From: a virus
Direction: 5' to 3' (one strand)
Length of the DNA stretch: 64,000 bases
IMG/VR virus record: IMGVR_UViG_3300045988_123906
Shown: piece after piece, positions 40,880 through 50,593 of the stretch
Numbering within the stretch: position 1 is the stretch's first letter
Layout of the letters: every line of letters begins with the position of its first letter
The notes under the pieces: generated by a model
What the model saw: the letters and a program-made list of their open reading frames with translations, nothing else
Database searches by the model: none
What the model was told of the DNA's origin: nothing
Position numbers and translations under genes: made by a program

Positions 40880-41173
40880 ATGGCAATGATTGATCCGTAT
40901 GATGATGACTTCGGTGCCATTTGTAATTGTGCTGTTCGATACGCAGTTGGGCGCAGAACGTATATGCCTGGTCTTGTGATCGATTTCATTACATCGCATC
41001 TGAGCGAGTTGACAGATAAAACGCTATGGTGCTTTCAGCAGGATCTATATCAACGTCTGGATGAAGGGTTTAATTTTGGTGATGAATTTGATTTTCAAAA
41101 CTGGATGAGCTTTCTGGAAGATGTTGATAAAGAAATCAAGAAAAGAAAACAGCCCAGCGGCCATAACCACTGA
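40880..41173 (+). CDS. hypothetical protein (97 aa)
   Basis: aaaggag RBS before ATG 40880, in frame with tracked ORF 40814-41173, whose 5' part overlaps the tRNA. Confidence 0.55.
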   Translation: MAMIDPYDDDFGAICNCAVRYAVGRRTYMPGLVIDFITSHLSELTDKTLWCFQQDLYQRLDEGFNFGDEFDFQNWMSFLEDVDKEIKKRKQPSGHNH

Positions 41174-41437
41174 GCTGTCAGGATTACCCGATGACGTGAT
41201 TCATCTGCAGAACCATCAGTATGAGCCCGACGATACTGCAAATGTCACCAGCGACATCAAGAAAATCTTTCGCCTAACGCTTCATCTAAGCACCTCCAAT
41301 CCGCTCGAGACGCGAGAACAATGTCCGTCATTGAGTAACTGGTGTGTCTAGTGAGAGTTAAGTTGGCAAAAGTGTATCACGTTGTTACGCGATTGTCAAG
41401 AATCATCCCGAGCATGATGTGAAAAGGCTTGTTATAT

Positions 41438-41522
41438 GCGGCAATGGCTGAGTGGTTTAAAGCGGTGGACTTGAAATCCATTGATGGTAATACATCCGCG
41501 AGTTCGAATCTTGCTTGCCGCG
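41438..41522 (+). tRNA. tRNA-Ser (anticodon TGA)
   Basis: Class II: anticodon arm GTGGA-CTTGAAA-TCCAT, variable arm with GATG/CATC stem, T arm GCGAG-TTCGAAT-CTTGC, G73. No encoded CCA. Confidence 0.85.
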
Positions 41523-41528
41523 TGATGT

Positions 41529-41600
41529 GGCCTGTTAGTCAAGAGGTGAAGATGCTGCCCTTTCACGGCGGAGACATCGGTTCAATTCCGGTACAGGCCA
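41529..41600 (+). tRNA. tRNA-Glu (anticodon TTC)
   Basis: Anticodon arm CTGCC-CTTTCAC-GGCGG, T arm ATCGG-TTCAATT-CCGGT, acceptor GGCCTGT/ACAGGCC. Confidence 0.85.
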
Positions 41601-41633
41601 TTTTTTGAAAATTAAATATTGTGAGGTATCAAA

Positions 41634-41861
41634 ATGAAAACAGAAGATTGGATCTCCGTAAAAACTGATTTGCCGAAAATTCCAGACGGCGAGATTTGGA
41701 GCAAAAATGTTTGGATTTATGATGAGAAATACGGACAGCAACAAGGGTATTTTACAACTGATGGGGTATGGTATGAGTTGAACGAGTGTCTTTGGCTAAA
41801 AAATGTTACACATTGGATGCCTCTGCCAGAAGACCCGCCAAAGGAGAAAAATGAATCATGA
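41634..41861 (+). CDS. hypothetical protein (75 aa)
   Basis: gtgaggt RBS tract upstream. Trp-rich. No motif recognised. Confidence 0.5.
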   Translation: MKTEDWISVKTDLPKIPDGEIWSKNVWIYDEKYGQQQGYFTTDGVWYELNECLWLKNVTHWMPLPEDPPKEKNES

Positions 41862-42610
41862 AAACGACGAAGAAAGATTGGATCTATCGTGTGATTCTTC
41901 TGATTCTGTTGGCGATTATCTGGGACATTGGCGCGGCTTTGACTTCGCCAATTTTTGTTCCCCAGAAAGGCGCTGTGTTTCGGGAATTCTTCCTGTTGAT
42001 CCAAAATGGAACAATGTTGAAAGCATTCCGATATTCGCTGGTTCGCATTACGGTGGCAGCCGCTTTGAGTGCCGGCATCTCCATTCCTCTTGGCTGTCTG
42101 ATGAAAATCTGTCATCCGCTTCAAAAGCTGCTCTATCCAGCAATTCGAGCAATGCGATTTTTGCCAGTCACTGCATTCTATCCACTGTTGACTATGTGGT
42201 TTGGAATCGGAGAGAAAATGAAGATTGCTTTCTTATTTGTAGCCAGCTTTGTGTTTATGCTTCCAAGCGTTCTGATTGCCATGGATGATGTCAGTGATGA
42301 TGTGATCGAGGCGGCCAGCATTGATGGAGCAGGGAAGTTCAGCACAGTAACACGAATCGTCTTCCCAATCGCAGCGCCTTCCATCTGTCAGTCATTCGCC
42401 ACAATGTATGCCATCGGTTGGACCTATATCGCAGTGGCCGAGACAGTGAATGCGAAGTACGGTATTGGCTATCTGATCTATACTTCGTCCGCTCGTGGCC
42501 GTACATCTCTGGTGTTTGTTGGAATATTGGCGATTGTGATTTTCAGTATTCTGTTTGACTGGATCACAAATATCTGTATCAAGAAGATTTTTAAGTGGAA
42601 ATTTTCATAA
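41858..42610 (+). CDS. ABC transporter permease (NitT/TauT-type, BPD_transp_1)
   Basis: Multiple TM segments and the EAA loop EAASIDGAGKFSTVTRIVFPIAAP. ATGA overlap with the previous gene. Confidence 0.75.
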   Translation: MKTTKKDWIYRVILLILLAIIWDIGAALTSPIFVPQKGAVFREFFLLIQNGTMLKAFRYSLVRITVAAALSAGISIPLGCLMKICHPLQKLLYPAIRAMRFLPVTAFYPLLTMWFGIGEKMKIAFLFVASFVFMLPSVLIAMDDVSDDVIEAASIDGAGKFSTVTRIVFPIAAPSICQSFATMYAIGWTYIAVAETVNAKYGIGYLIYTSSARGRTSLVFVGILAIVIFSILFDWITNICIKKIFKWKFS

Positions 42611-42620
42611 GGAGGACAAC

Positions 42621-42836
42621 ATGTCGCATGAAATTGAGTTGTGTGGTTGTTTGACCATCCCAGATAACGCGAATTTTGATGAAATCACAGACGTGTTCTT
42701 GGGTTTTGTTGAGTCGCATGGTTGGTACTATGGTGGTGGGTTCTCTGAGATTCGAGACGGCTGTTATGTGAAGCCGGACGTAACTAGTGGTGATCCAATT
42801 TATAAATCAAATAAGGAGAAAGATTATGGCACATGA
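42621..42836 (+). CDS. hypothetical small protein, tandem paralog a (71 aa)
   Basis: aaggagg RBS. MSHEIELCGCLTIPDN..FVESHGWYYGGGFSEIRDG aligns with the next gene. Confidence 0.55.
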   Translation: MSHEIELCGCLTIPDNANFDEITDVFLGFVESHGWYYGGGFSEIRDGCYVKPDVTSGDPIYKSNKEKDYGT

Positions 42837-43038
42837 AATTAAAATTATGGGATGTCTGAGTATTCCAGATAATACAAGCTGGGAGGAGTCAATAAGTTTA
42901 TTTGTTGAATTTATCGAGTCACATAATTGGTGCTATTATGGGGATTTTGCTGAGATTCGTGATGGAAAGCAAGTAGGTTATGGCGTAATAAAAAAAGAAA
43001 ACGAGGAGAAAAATTATGGCGAAGAAAAGTCTATTTGA
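42826..43038 (+). CDS. hypothetical small protein, tandem paralog b (70 aa)
   Basis: aaggag RBS. MAHEIKIMGCLSIPDN..FIESHNWCYYGDFAEIRDG. Confidence 0.55.
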   Translation: MAHEIKIMGCLSIPDNTSWEESISLFVEFIESHNWCYYGDFAEIRDGKQVGYGVIKKENEEKNYGEEKSI

Positions 43039-43636
43039 AAAACTCGGTCTTGTTGAGGGTGTAGCTGCTTCTGAATATGATATGCCGGATACCACGAATG
43101 AGCTTCGCGTTTGTAGTGGCGTCGGAGATCATTACATCAATGGAGATTTCCCAGAGGACGAACCGGTTCAGGTCGAGGTTCCTGAGGGCGATACCATCGA
43201 TGTCCGGGCGGTTTACGAGACCAATGGTATGAACCCTGCCGACGCTGTTACTGTCTACAAGATCAAAGATGTGATCGATACATTCCCGTCTGAGATGCCC
43301 ACCAAAACAAAACGAGCAACGGTCAAAAACCTGATGACGACGCTTGGTTATGATGCGGCCGCGATTATCTCTGATGCGAAGCAGCGCAAGGAGCTTCTGC
43401 GGGCTGTTGGTAACGATAAGATGAATGCACTGTTTGACGAGATGAAGAGCAACGACCAGCAGATTGAATCTATGAAGGAACAGATCGAAGCTTTGACGAA
43501 TCGCAACGTTGAAGCTGGTGCGGCCATCGAAAAGATCACCAATACAGTTCAGGATGAACTCAAGATGATTTCTTCTATCGAGGAATTTATCGAAGAGGAT
43601 AAGACGGAGCCTGCCGGGAAGGAGGTCGCCCAGTAA
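43016..43636 (+). CDS. hypothetical protein (206 aa)
   Basis: gaggag RBS upstream. C-terminal coiled-coil. No motif recognised. Confidence 0.55.
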   Translation: MAKKSLFEKLGLVEGVAASEYDMPDTTNELRVCSGVGDHYINGDFPEDEPVQVEVPEGDTIDVRAVYETNGMNPADAVTVYKIKDVIDTFPSEMPTKTKRATVKNLMTTLGYDAAAIISDAKQRKELLRAVGNDKMNALFDEMKSNDQQIESMKEQIEALTNRNVEAGAAIEKITNTVQDELKMISSIEEFIEEDKTEPAGKEVAQ

Positions 43637-44466
43637 TGTTTTCTTTCACGATTGCTGAGTTTACTTTTCTCTGTGTTGGTTTCGCCTTTGTTGGCAGTTT
43701 AATTCTGTTTCCGTCATTCCGTCAGCAGCTCAAAGCTCTTGCCGGTGGTTTCTTGCAGGTCTTTGTGCAGGATACAGCCAAGACACCAGATGGTGCACGC
43801 GCTATCTATGCTCAGAAGATCGATGAGATGACTGAGAAATACACAGATGCCTGCAATACTCTGCGAGACCTGACTGGTAAGCTCAAGACGATTCAGGATA
43901 ACTACGCTGTCTGTCAGAAGCAGGCGAAAGGTTACGATGAACGTGCAAAGGCTGCTATGAGTCGCGGTGATGAAGAGTCCGCAACCACTTACGCTCGTCT
44001 TTTACAGGAAGAGCTCGATAAAGCCGAGAACCTATCTGCTCAGTTCCAAAAAATGAAACCAGCGGCGGAAGAGGTCAAGGCAATCAAGGAAAAGCTTGAA
44101 AATCAGTTGGCTGCTCTGAAGCGCGAAAGCAAGGATGTGGTGGCCGAATTGAAGGCGAACGAACAGGTTGCAGATGTGTATTCCAATCTGGATCGTCTGC
44201 GTGCATCTACCGGAACCGATAAAATGCTCAACGCTACCCGTGATGGCCTTCAGGAAAGTCGCGAAAAAGCAGCGGGTGCAAAGGTTCTGTATCAGACTAG
44301 TCGAGAGGGAAAGCTGGATAAAGCGGACGCAAATACTGCTGATTATAAGGTGAGTTCGTATCTGGATAGTCTCAAAAGGAGCAATCCAAACGTAACAACT
44401 TACAGCATTCCTGATCTGAATACCCTCACAAAGTCTTCTGGATTGAACACTCAGTCCAAGAAATAA
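43636..44466 (+). CDS. PspA/IM30-like protein with N-terminal TM segment
   Basis: FTIAEFTFLCVGFAFVGSLILF TM segment, then a long coiled-coil with ERAKAAMSRGDEESATTYARLL, which fits the PspA pattern (A..AL..G.E.LA). Confidence 0.6.
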   Translation: MFSFTIAEFTFLCVGFAFVGSLILFPSFRQQLKALAGGFLQVFVQDTAKTPDGARAIYAQKIDEMTEKYTDACNTLRDLTGKLKTIQDNYAVCQKQAKGYDERAKAAMSRGDEESATTYARLLQEELDKAENLSAQFQKMKPAAEEVKAIKEKLENQLAALKRESKDVVAELKANEQVADVYSNLDRLRASTGTDKMLNATRDGLQESREKAAGAKVLYQTSREGKLDKADANTADYKVSSYLDSLKRSNPNVTTYSIPDLNTLTKSSGLNTQSKK

Positions 44467-44493
44467 AATCAAAATTAAATAGGAGAGAATAAC

Positions 44494-46074
44494 ATGTCTA
44501 AGTTCAAATTGACTAAGGCTGGCCGTGCTGTTGTTGGCGTGGTTCTTGCGGTAGCTGTTGCTATTGGTGTCGTTGGCGGCATCAAGGGCGGTGTGATTAA
44601 GTTCGACAAGAAAAAGCCAACTGCATCTGATAAGCCTGCCACGAATGTCACCACGAATGCATCAACCGGCGACGACACGATCAATCTGTCTCTGGATGAA
44701 TGGGCGGGATGGTTGAGCTGTATCACAGCAAATGGCGGTCTCACCACTCAGCCCGGTTCTGTGTTTGACCAGCTCGGCATCAAAGTGAATATCAATGTCA
44801 TCAACGACGCTACTGAGTCCAGCAATGCACTGATCTCTGGTGATCTGCAGGCCGCTGGTTATACTACGAACCGTGTCGCGTTCCTGTCTCAGAAGTTTAC
44901 GGATGCCGGTAAGAATATCATCATGCCGGTGTTTACTAACTACAGCTATGGCGGAGACGGTATTATCGCTTCCACTCAGTTTGCAGATGTGAATTCGTGG
45001 GTCAATGCCAAGATCGGCGTTCCTGAATTCTCTGAGGCCGAAACCTTGGTCGCTTGGTTTGTCAATAATTCCAACCTGTCCGATGCGGATAAGGCAACCA
45101 TTATGAACAACCTGATCATGTTCGGTACGGCAGATGATACTGCTAAAGCATACTTTGCTGGTCAGATCGATGTTGCTGCAACATGGGAGCCGTACCTGAC
45201 TCAGGCTAAGACCTATACCAACAGCACCGTTGTTTTTGATACCAAGTCTTCTTCTTCTCTGGTCATGGATGGCATTGTGTTTGATGCCGATTGGGCAGCA
45301 GCTCACGAAGATACTGTCAAGAAGTTCGTCAAGGGTATTCTGATGTCTTATGATCAGCCCATCAATTACGACGCAGCTCGTGAAGTGTTCCCGATGTATT
45401 CTACTTCCAGTGATGCAGATATCGACGCTACTTACGCCAATGCCAAGATGGCCAGCTGGAAGGACAATTACAACATTCTAAACGATACTGCTCCCATGAT
45501 CTATAACCAGATGTGCGATATCTGGGAGGCTCTGGGCGAAACCGTCAATCGCGGCCTTGTGGACACGATTTTTGATACCACTTATATTGACGCTCTGAAA
45601 GGTGATTTTAAGTCTACTTCCGCCGCAAATGCCACCACAAAGGTGACTGTAAGTGACGAAACCCGTGCCAATATCACCCAGCAGGTCACTGGCAATCTGG
45701 ATTATGATTCCATGCTGAGCAAGACCGCCAATGTAACATTTGTCCCGGATTCTTCTGTGTTCACCGATCAGGCCAGCGCAGCCTCTGTTCTGGATGATTT
45801 CGTAAATATCGCCAAGACTCTGGATGGCACAATGATCGTTATCAACGGCAATATCAATGCGGACACTCAGACCGAGTTCGGTGTGCAGCTCTCTGCAAAT
45901 CGTGCTCAGACTGTTGCCAACTATCTGGCTTCTCAGGGTATTGATCAGAATCGACTGATTATTACAGGCTCTGGCAATGCAAAGTATCAGGCCGACAAGG
46001 CTGCTGGTGCTCTGAAGCCGGATGCAAGCGTATACCAGTCTACCGATATCAGCTTTATGCGAATCGAGAACTGA
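44494..46074 (+). CDS. membrane-anchored NitT/TauT-type substrate-binding protein fused to an OmpA-like C-terminal domain
   Basis: N-terminal TM (AVVGVVLAVAVAIGVVGG). SBP-like core with GQIDVAATWEPYL. C-terminal LSANRAQTVANYLASQGIDQNRLIITGSGN is an OmpA_C-type peptidoglycan-binding pattern. Confidence 0.6.
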   Translation: MSKFKLTKAGRAVVGVVLAVAVAIGVVGGIKGGVIKFDKKKPTASDKPATNVTTNASTGDDTINLSLDEWAGWLSCITANGGLTTQPGSVFDQLGIKVNINVINDATESSNALISGDLQAAGYTTNRVAFLSQKFTDAGKNIIMPVFTNYSYGGDGIIASTQFADVNSWVNAKIGVPEFSEAETLVAWFVNNSNLSDADKATIMNNLIMFGTADDTAKAYFAGQIDVAATWEPYLTQAKTYTNSTVVFDTKSSSSLVMDGIVFDADWAAAHEDTVKKFVKGILMSYDQPINYDAAREVFPMYSTSSDADIDATYANAKMASWKDNYNILNDTAPMIYNQMCDIWEALGETVNRGLVDTIFDTTYIDALKGDFKSTSAANATTKVTVSDETRANITQQVTGNLDYDSMLSKTANVTFVPDSSVFTDQASAASVLDDFVNIAKTLDGTMIVINGNINADTQTEFGVQLSANRAQTVANYLASQGIDQNRLIITGSGNAKYQADKAAGALKPDASVYQSTDISFMRIEN

Positions 46075-46235
46075 GGTGATTCAGATTGATCTGGATTGAA
46101 ATCAGTAAAGCAATTTGGATTGTGGGCGGATTGATGCTGGCTTCTTTTGCGGCTGGTTATTTCTTCCATGGCCCAACTTCTAAGATTTAAAACTCACGGC
46201 GGTGCTCAGGTAGCACTGGGTGCCGCCTTATATAA

Positions 46236-46311
46236 TGTGCTATAGCCAAGTCGGTCAAGGCAAGGGACTTTGACTCCCTGATCGTGTGTTCGAGTCACAC
46301 TAGCACAACCA
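46236..46311 (+). tRNA. tRNA-Gln (anticodon TTG)
   Basis: U1-A72 acceptor TGTGCTA/TAGCACA, anticodon arm AGGGA-CTTTGAC-TCCCT, T arm GTGTG-TTCGAGT-CACAC, encoded CCA. Confidence 0.8.
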
Positions 46312-46342
46312 AAAAAAACAAATCGGATAGGGAGGTTCACAG

Positions 46343-46531
46343 ATGACTACTCCAGAACAACTTGAAATTGCACTTCGGGACTTTATTTATCAATGCGGAA
46401 AAAGATACGAAAACGAATTGGGCTGCGATGATTGTATCTACTGGAATTTTTGTAACCGATTCTATACTCCGCATTGTGATTGTCCTGATGAATGGACGAT
46501 TTATGACAAAGTAAGCCCACTTCCGTCTTAA
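46343..46531 (+). CDS. hypothetical Cys-rich protein (62 aa)
   Basis: gggagg RBS upstream. No motif recognised. Confidence 0.5.
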   Translation: MTTPEQLEIALRDFIYQCGKRYENELGCDDCIYWNFCNRFYTPHCDCPDEWTIYDKVSPLPS

Positions 46532-46550
46532 TTTGAAAAGGAGTTTCCAG

Positions 46551-47282
46551 ATGGCAGTTTATATGACAGGTGATATCCATGGCAATCCAAGTCGATTTTA
46601 TGACCTGAAAAGTTTCTGTAAAGTACATCCAGACGCAGAATGGTTTATCTGTCTGGGTGATGTTGGTTTGAATTACTACGGCGAGGATCACCCGCAGGAG
46701 ATGTATATCAAGAATATTGCGGATGAAATCCCTGCAAAACTGTTCTGTATTCATGGCAATCACGAGCGGCGACCTACCGAAGCAGATGGATATAAACAGG
46801 TCGATGTCACAGAGGGTGCGATTCATGGTCCGATGATGTGGCACGCAGAACACCCTAACCAGTATTTTGCCATCGACGGTGCTGTATATACGATTTTTAC
46901 ATCCGACCGTGTGTTGACTGCACTTGTTTGCGGCGGTGCTTATTCGGTCGACAAGGATTATCGTCTGCGGCGCGGTTGGCATTGGTGGCCGGACGAACAG
47001 CCAAATGAACTCACGAAGGGGCTGGTACGGTTGATGGCAACGGAAAAACAAATCGATATTATGTTGACTCATACCTGTCCGCTGCGGTTCGAGCCAACTG
47101 AGCTTTTTATCTCTGGCATTGATCAGAGCACAGTAGACAAGTCAACAGAACAATTCTTTGATGAAATCTACTCCTTATTCCAGGCGTACCAAGAGCCGAT
47201 GTGGTACTTTGGCCACTTCCATGGAAATAAATACACGGATGAATACGTGATGCTCTTTGATGACATCATGGAACTGAAGTGA
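46551..47282 (+). CDS. metallophosphoesterase (calcineurin-like)
   Basis: Motifs GDIHGN, GDVGLNY, GNHE and GHFH in canonical order. aaaggag RBS before ATG 46551. Confidence 0.75.
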   Translation: MAVYMTGDIHGNPSRFYDLKSFCKVHPDAEWFICLGDVGLNYYGEDHPQEMYIKNIADEIPAKLFCIHGNHERRPTEADGYKQVDVTEGAIHGPMMWHAEHPNQYFAIDGAVYTIFTSDRVLTALVCGGAYSVDKDYRLRRGWHWWPDEQPNELTKGLVRLMATEKQIDIMLTHTCPLRFEPTELFISGIDQSTVDKSTEQFFDEIYSLFQAYQEPMWYFGHFHGNKYTDEYVMLFDDIMELK

Positions 47283-47385
47283 ATTTATAAATAGTAAATC
47301 GAAAGGGGAGTACAGATGCTGTATGGACGTGCGTCTCCTGATTTGATTCGATAGCATTTCGTCAAATTAGATAGGAGAAAACAAT

Positions 47386-47634
47386 ATGACTTGTAATTTT
47401 TGTGGTAAGACTCTGGACACCTGCGATGAGACCAATCTTGGTAACCTGGAACTGCCTTTCTTCTACGGAAGCAAGCGTGATGGGGACTATATGAAGTTCT
47501 CTCTCTGCTCTGGCTGCTATGACAAGCTGGCAGATGAATTCATGTCCAGATGCAAACACAAACCCCTCATTGTTCCCTTTGCCCCCAGGGTGCCGGAGTG
47601 GGAACATAAAACTACTGAAGAATCCGATTATTGA
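47386..47634 (+). CDS. zinc-ribbon-like small protein (82 aa)
   Basis: CNFCGKTLDTC...CSGC. ataggag RBS upstream. Confidence 0.5.
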   Translation: MTCNFCGKTLDTCDETNLGNLELPFFYGSKRDGDYMKFSLCSGCYDKLADEFMSRCKHKPLIVPFAPRVPEWEHKTTEESDY

Positions 47635-47658
47635 TAACTGATTACATAGGAGGTACAT

Positions 47659-48780
47659 ATGGCAAGTAAGGAAAATAACGTTTACTCTCGCTTTAGCTTT
47701 TGCGGAAAGGTCACCGTTTCCAAAAAGGTCCCGTTCGTGAAGCGCGACACCTACGACAAGGGTGAGAAGATCAGTATTAACTTTGGTATCAAAGCCGGAA
47801 ACAATCTTGGTTATGTCAAGCTGGAAGGCTTTAAGAATGACGAGATCAAGACCATGGATACTGACCGAAACAATATCGAGGTCGCGTGGAATAATCGTTT
47901 GGACGAAGATGTGATCAAGACTGTTGCCAGCACCAAAAAGTTCACAGTGAACCTGGGCGAGCGCAAGGAGTTCATCACCGAGTGGGATATGATCGAGTAT
48001 CTGGAGTCCGCTCTGGCCGGTTATGAGGACGATATTGTTGTCACCGGCAAATTCGTTCTGCGTCCCGGCACCGGTAAGTATAAGGATCAGGTTTATCGTG
48101 AGTATCAGATCCAGAACGTGTATATGCCTGGCGAGAAGGACGTTCCTCATCTGACTATGAATCTGGATCTGTATTACGACAAGGACAGCATGGATACAAC
48201 CACTCTGAAGGATGACGGCAAGATTATGATGCATTGCTACACCCCGATGTGGTCTAAGGCAGATGGCGCACAGAAGATGTTCCAGATCGACACCGTGTTC
48301 AATACAGCTGTTTTTGATATGGACAAGCCGAAGCACAAGGCAATCCACGATTACAAGATGCGCTATCTGGAAACCAAGTCTCGCAATCCTGTCCATATGA
48401 ACTGGCAGATTGCTGTCGTCAATGGCGCTGAAGAGGTTCCGTTTACTATGGACAGCCTCACTGAACAGCAGCGGGAACAGGTCGAACTCGGTATCTCTAA
48501 GATGGAAGATTTCAAGCCGCGTGGGAATATCCTCGGTGATCGGGAAAAGGAGCTGCGTCTGGTAAAGCCCATCCTGACTGGCGAGTTTGAGGAGTGCAAG
48601 ATTGCAGCTGATTCTGGTTACACTGCTCGTGAGTTCGAGAATGAGATCTGGACCCCGGCGGCTGATGAAAGTGTGGATGATATGATGAATGGCGGCTCCA
48701 AGGTTAAGACCAAGGCAAAAGCTGCTCCTGCAGTCGAGGCCCCGGAAGACAGCGATGATGATATCGACACCATGTTTTGA
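47659..48780 (+). CDS. candidate single-stranded DNA-binding protein
   Basis: Position at the head of the replication block, strong aggagg RBS, biased codon use, and an acidic C-terminal tip EDSDDDIDTMF resembling SSB/gp2.5 tails. The fold was not verified. Confidence 0.45.
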   Translation: MASKENNVYSRFSFCGKVTVSKKVPFVKRDTYDKGEKISINFGIKAGNNLGYVKLEGFKNDEIKTMDTDRNNIEVAWNNRLDEDVIKTVASTKKFTVNLGERKEFITEWDMIEYLESALAGYEDDIVVTGKFVLRPGTGKYKDQVYREYQIQNVYMPGEKDVPHLTMNLDLYYDKDSMDTTTLKDDGKIMMHCYTPMWSKADGAQKMFQIDTVFNTAVFDMDKPKHKAIHDYKMRYLETKSRNPVHMNWQIAVVNGAEEVPFTMDSLTEQQREQVELGISKMEDFKPRGNILGDREKELRLVKPILTGEFEECKIAADSGYTAREFENEIWTPAADESVDDMMNGGSKVKTKAKAAPAVEAPEDSDDDIDTMF

Positions 48781-48825
48781 TCCTGTCGATTTACCATGGA
48801 ATGAAAATTAAAAGGAGAATACATA

Positions 48826-49929
48826 ATGGGTTTTAAAATCAATCGTATTAAGGCAGACCTTGGCAGCTATCCTCATTATATGCTGCTCGGAATTCGCAAG
48901 ATCGGCAAAACCACCTTTATTCGTGACCTGATCAAAGAGAAGTATGGTGATGCAACCAAGGGCCTACTGATTTCTTGCGGTGCTGAGAATGGTTACCACG
49001 CTCTGGATGATCTGCAGGTTGAAGAAGCGAAGGTTTTCAATCAGGACTACGACGAAGAGACCGACAGCCGTGGTTTCATTCAGATTGTTGATGATATCGT
49101 CGAGAATAATAAGGACTATGGCATTAAGCTGGTCGCCATCGATACCTTGGATTGCCTGTATGATATCGCTGCACAGGAGGCCATTCGGTTGTCTCGTAAA
49201 GAGACCGGTAAGCCGTGCAAGAGTATTAACGATGCATTTGGAGGCTACGGTCGGGGACTTGACCGTGTGATTGCACTGATTCAAGAGCAGATTACTCGTC
49301 TGGAAGATGCCGGTATCGCTGTGTTTATCTTGTCTCACGTCAAGGAAAAGACTCGTACTGATATGGTTACTGGTGAAGAGTATCAGGTTTGGACAAACAA
49401 CCTGATGGACAAGGTGTATGGCGCAATTGCCGATACTGCACAGATGGTTATGATGGCGGTCTTTGATCGTGAAATCAAGGATAAGAAGGTCACTGGTGAA
49501 AATCGTGTCCTGTATCTGCGTGCTACTGCAAGTCTGGATGCTGGTTCTCGTTTTCACGGTCTGCCTGAGAAGGTTCCTTTCACCCCCAAGGCTTTCGTCG
49601 AAGCGTTTGAAGAGGGTGTTAAGAACTCTGCCACTATGAAGCCGATGACTGATGCCGATATGGCTGCCCGTCAGAAGGAAGAGGCCGCACAGCAGGAAAA
49701 GACTGCAGAAATCGCTCGTCGTAAGGATGCAGAAAATCGTGCTGCAGCTCAGGCAGAAGAGGACGAGCCTCACCGTGCCGAGTGGATCAGCGCAATTCAG
49801 GATCGTTTCGGTAACGCTTCTGCCGATGTTAAGGCTCAGATCAAGGCGATCCGCGATGAGATCGGTCTTAAGTTTTCTGATCCGGAATTTCCTATTGACG
49901 CATTGAAACGCGTTTATTCTTTGGTCTAA
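48826..49929 (+). CDS. RecA-like P-loop ATPase (AAA_24/Sak4-like recombination protein candidate)
   Basis: Walker A GIRKIGKTT and Walker B LVAIDTLD. C-terminal charged extension. Confidence 0.6.
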   Translation: MGFKINRIKADLGSYPHYMLLGIRKIGKTTFIRDLIKEKYGDATKGLLISCGAENGYHALDDLQVEEAKVFNQDYDEETDSRGFIQIVDDIVENNKDYGIKLVAIDTLDCLYDIAAQEAIRLSRKETGKPCKSINDAFGGYGRGLDRVIALIQEQITRLEDAGIAVFILSHVKEKTRTDMVTGEEYQVWTNNLMDKVYGAIADTAQMVMMAVFDREIKDKKVTGENRVLYLRATASLDAGSRFHGLPEKVPFTPKAFVEAFEEGVKNSATMKPMTDADMAARQKEEAAQQEKTAEIARRKDAENRAAAQAEEDEPHRAEWISAIQDRFGNASADVKAQIKAIRDEIGLKFSDPEFPIDALKRVYSLV

Positions 49930-49930
49930 T

Positions 49931-49954
49931 CATTCACACTTTATATGGTCATTC
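49931..49954 (+). promoter_or_regulatory. CACACTTTA motif copy 5 (variant)
   Basis: CATTCACACTTTATATGGTCATTC directly after the 49929 stop, about 50 nt before the 50003 start. Confidence 0.35.
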
Positions 49955-50002
49955 TGAAGTAAATACGCAGGGCGGGATGGTGGGTATGTTGAGGTAGGAA
50001 AT

Positions 50003-50593
50003 ATGGCAAAGGAACCTACAGTTAAATGTATGGCTACCGGGGTGCAAGGCCCCAGGAGTCAATTTTATAAAGCGCCAAACAATCGCTACTTTCAATCGGA
50101 AGCGGTTTATCAGGCGTGGCTGTCCGGGCGGCGCAGGGAAAAGGCGAAAAAGAATAAGCCCGCTCCTCAAAAGAAGCCAGGCCGCACGATGGAATCTTAC
50201 AAGAAGCTGTGCAGTACGATCGCTGATTTTATTGGATATGACCCGGAAAATGGTCAGCCAATGCCAACGATCGTATTTCGCCGGCTGAAGGAACTGGATT
50301 TCTATTCGGATGAAATCATTCAGCAAACCATGGATGAAAACGAAAAGTCGATTCGATGGGCAATGCAGAATAAGAAGTTCGATGATGACGCAGGGAAGTG
50401 CAGCTATCTGATGGCGATTATTCGCAACAATATCGGCGCTGTCTACCGGCGTGAAAAAGATAAGGCAGAAAAAACTGTCAAAAACAAAGCAGAACCCAAT
50501 CTTGACACGATGCTCGACTTGTCAATGATCGGTACTGCACATAAAGGCAAAGATGTCAGCAGCTTGCTAGGAGGTGACGATTTATGGATTTAA
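50003..50593 (+). CDS. hypothetical protein; possible DnaD/replisome-organiser-like C-terminus
   Basis: CSYLMAIIRNNIGAVY resembles the DnaD-domain Y.xAIl.nW pattern. Immediately precedes the helicase. Confidence 0.4.
   Translation: MAKEPTVKCMATGVQGPRSQFYKAPNNRYFQSEAVYQAWLSGRRREKAKKNKPAPQKKPGRTMESYKKLCSTIADFIGYDPENGQPMPTIVFRRLKELDFYSDEIIQQTMDENEKSIRWAMQNKKFDDDAGKCSYLMAIIRNNIGAVYRREKDKAEKTVKNKAEPNLDTMLDLSMIGTAHKGKDVSSLLGGDDLWI

Noticed and set aside
41174-41437. The 260-nt gap with tracked ORF 41121-41351 ending in TAG-TGA could be another suppression target.
   Set aside because: The ORF starts inside the preceding gene in another frame and has no RBS. The TAG is followed immediately by TGA, so read-through would add nothing.
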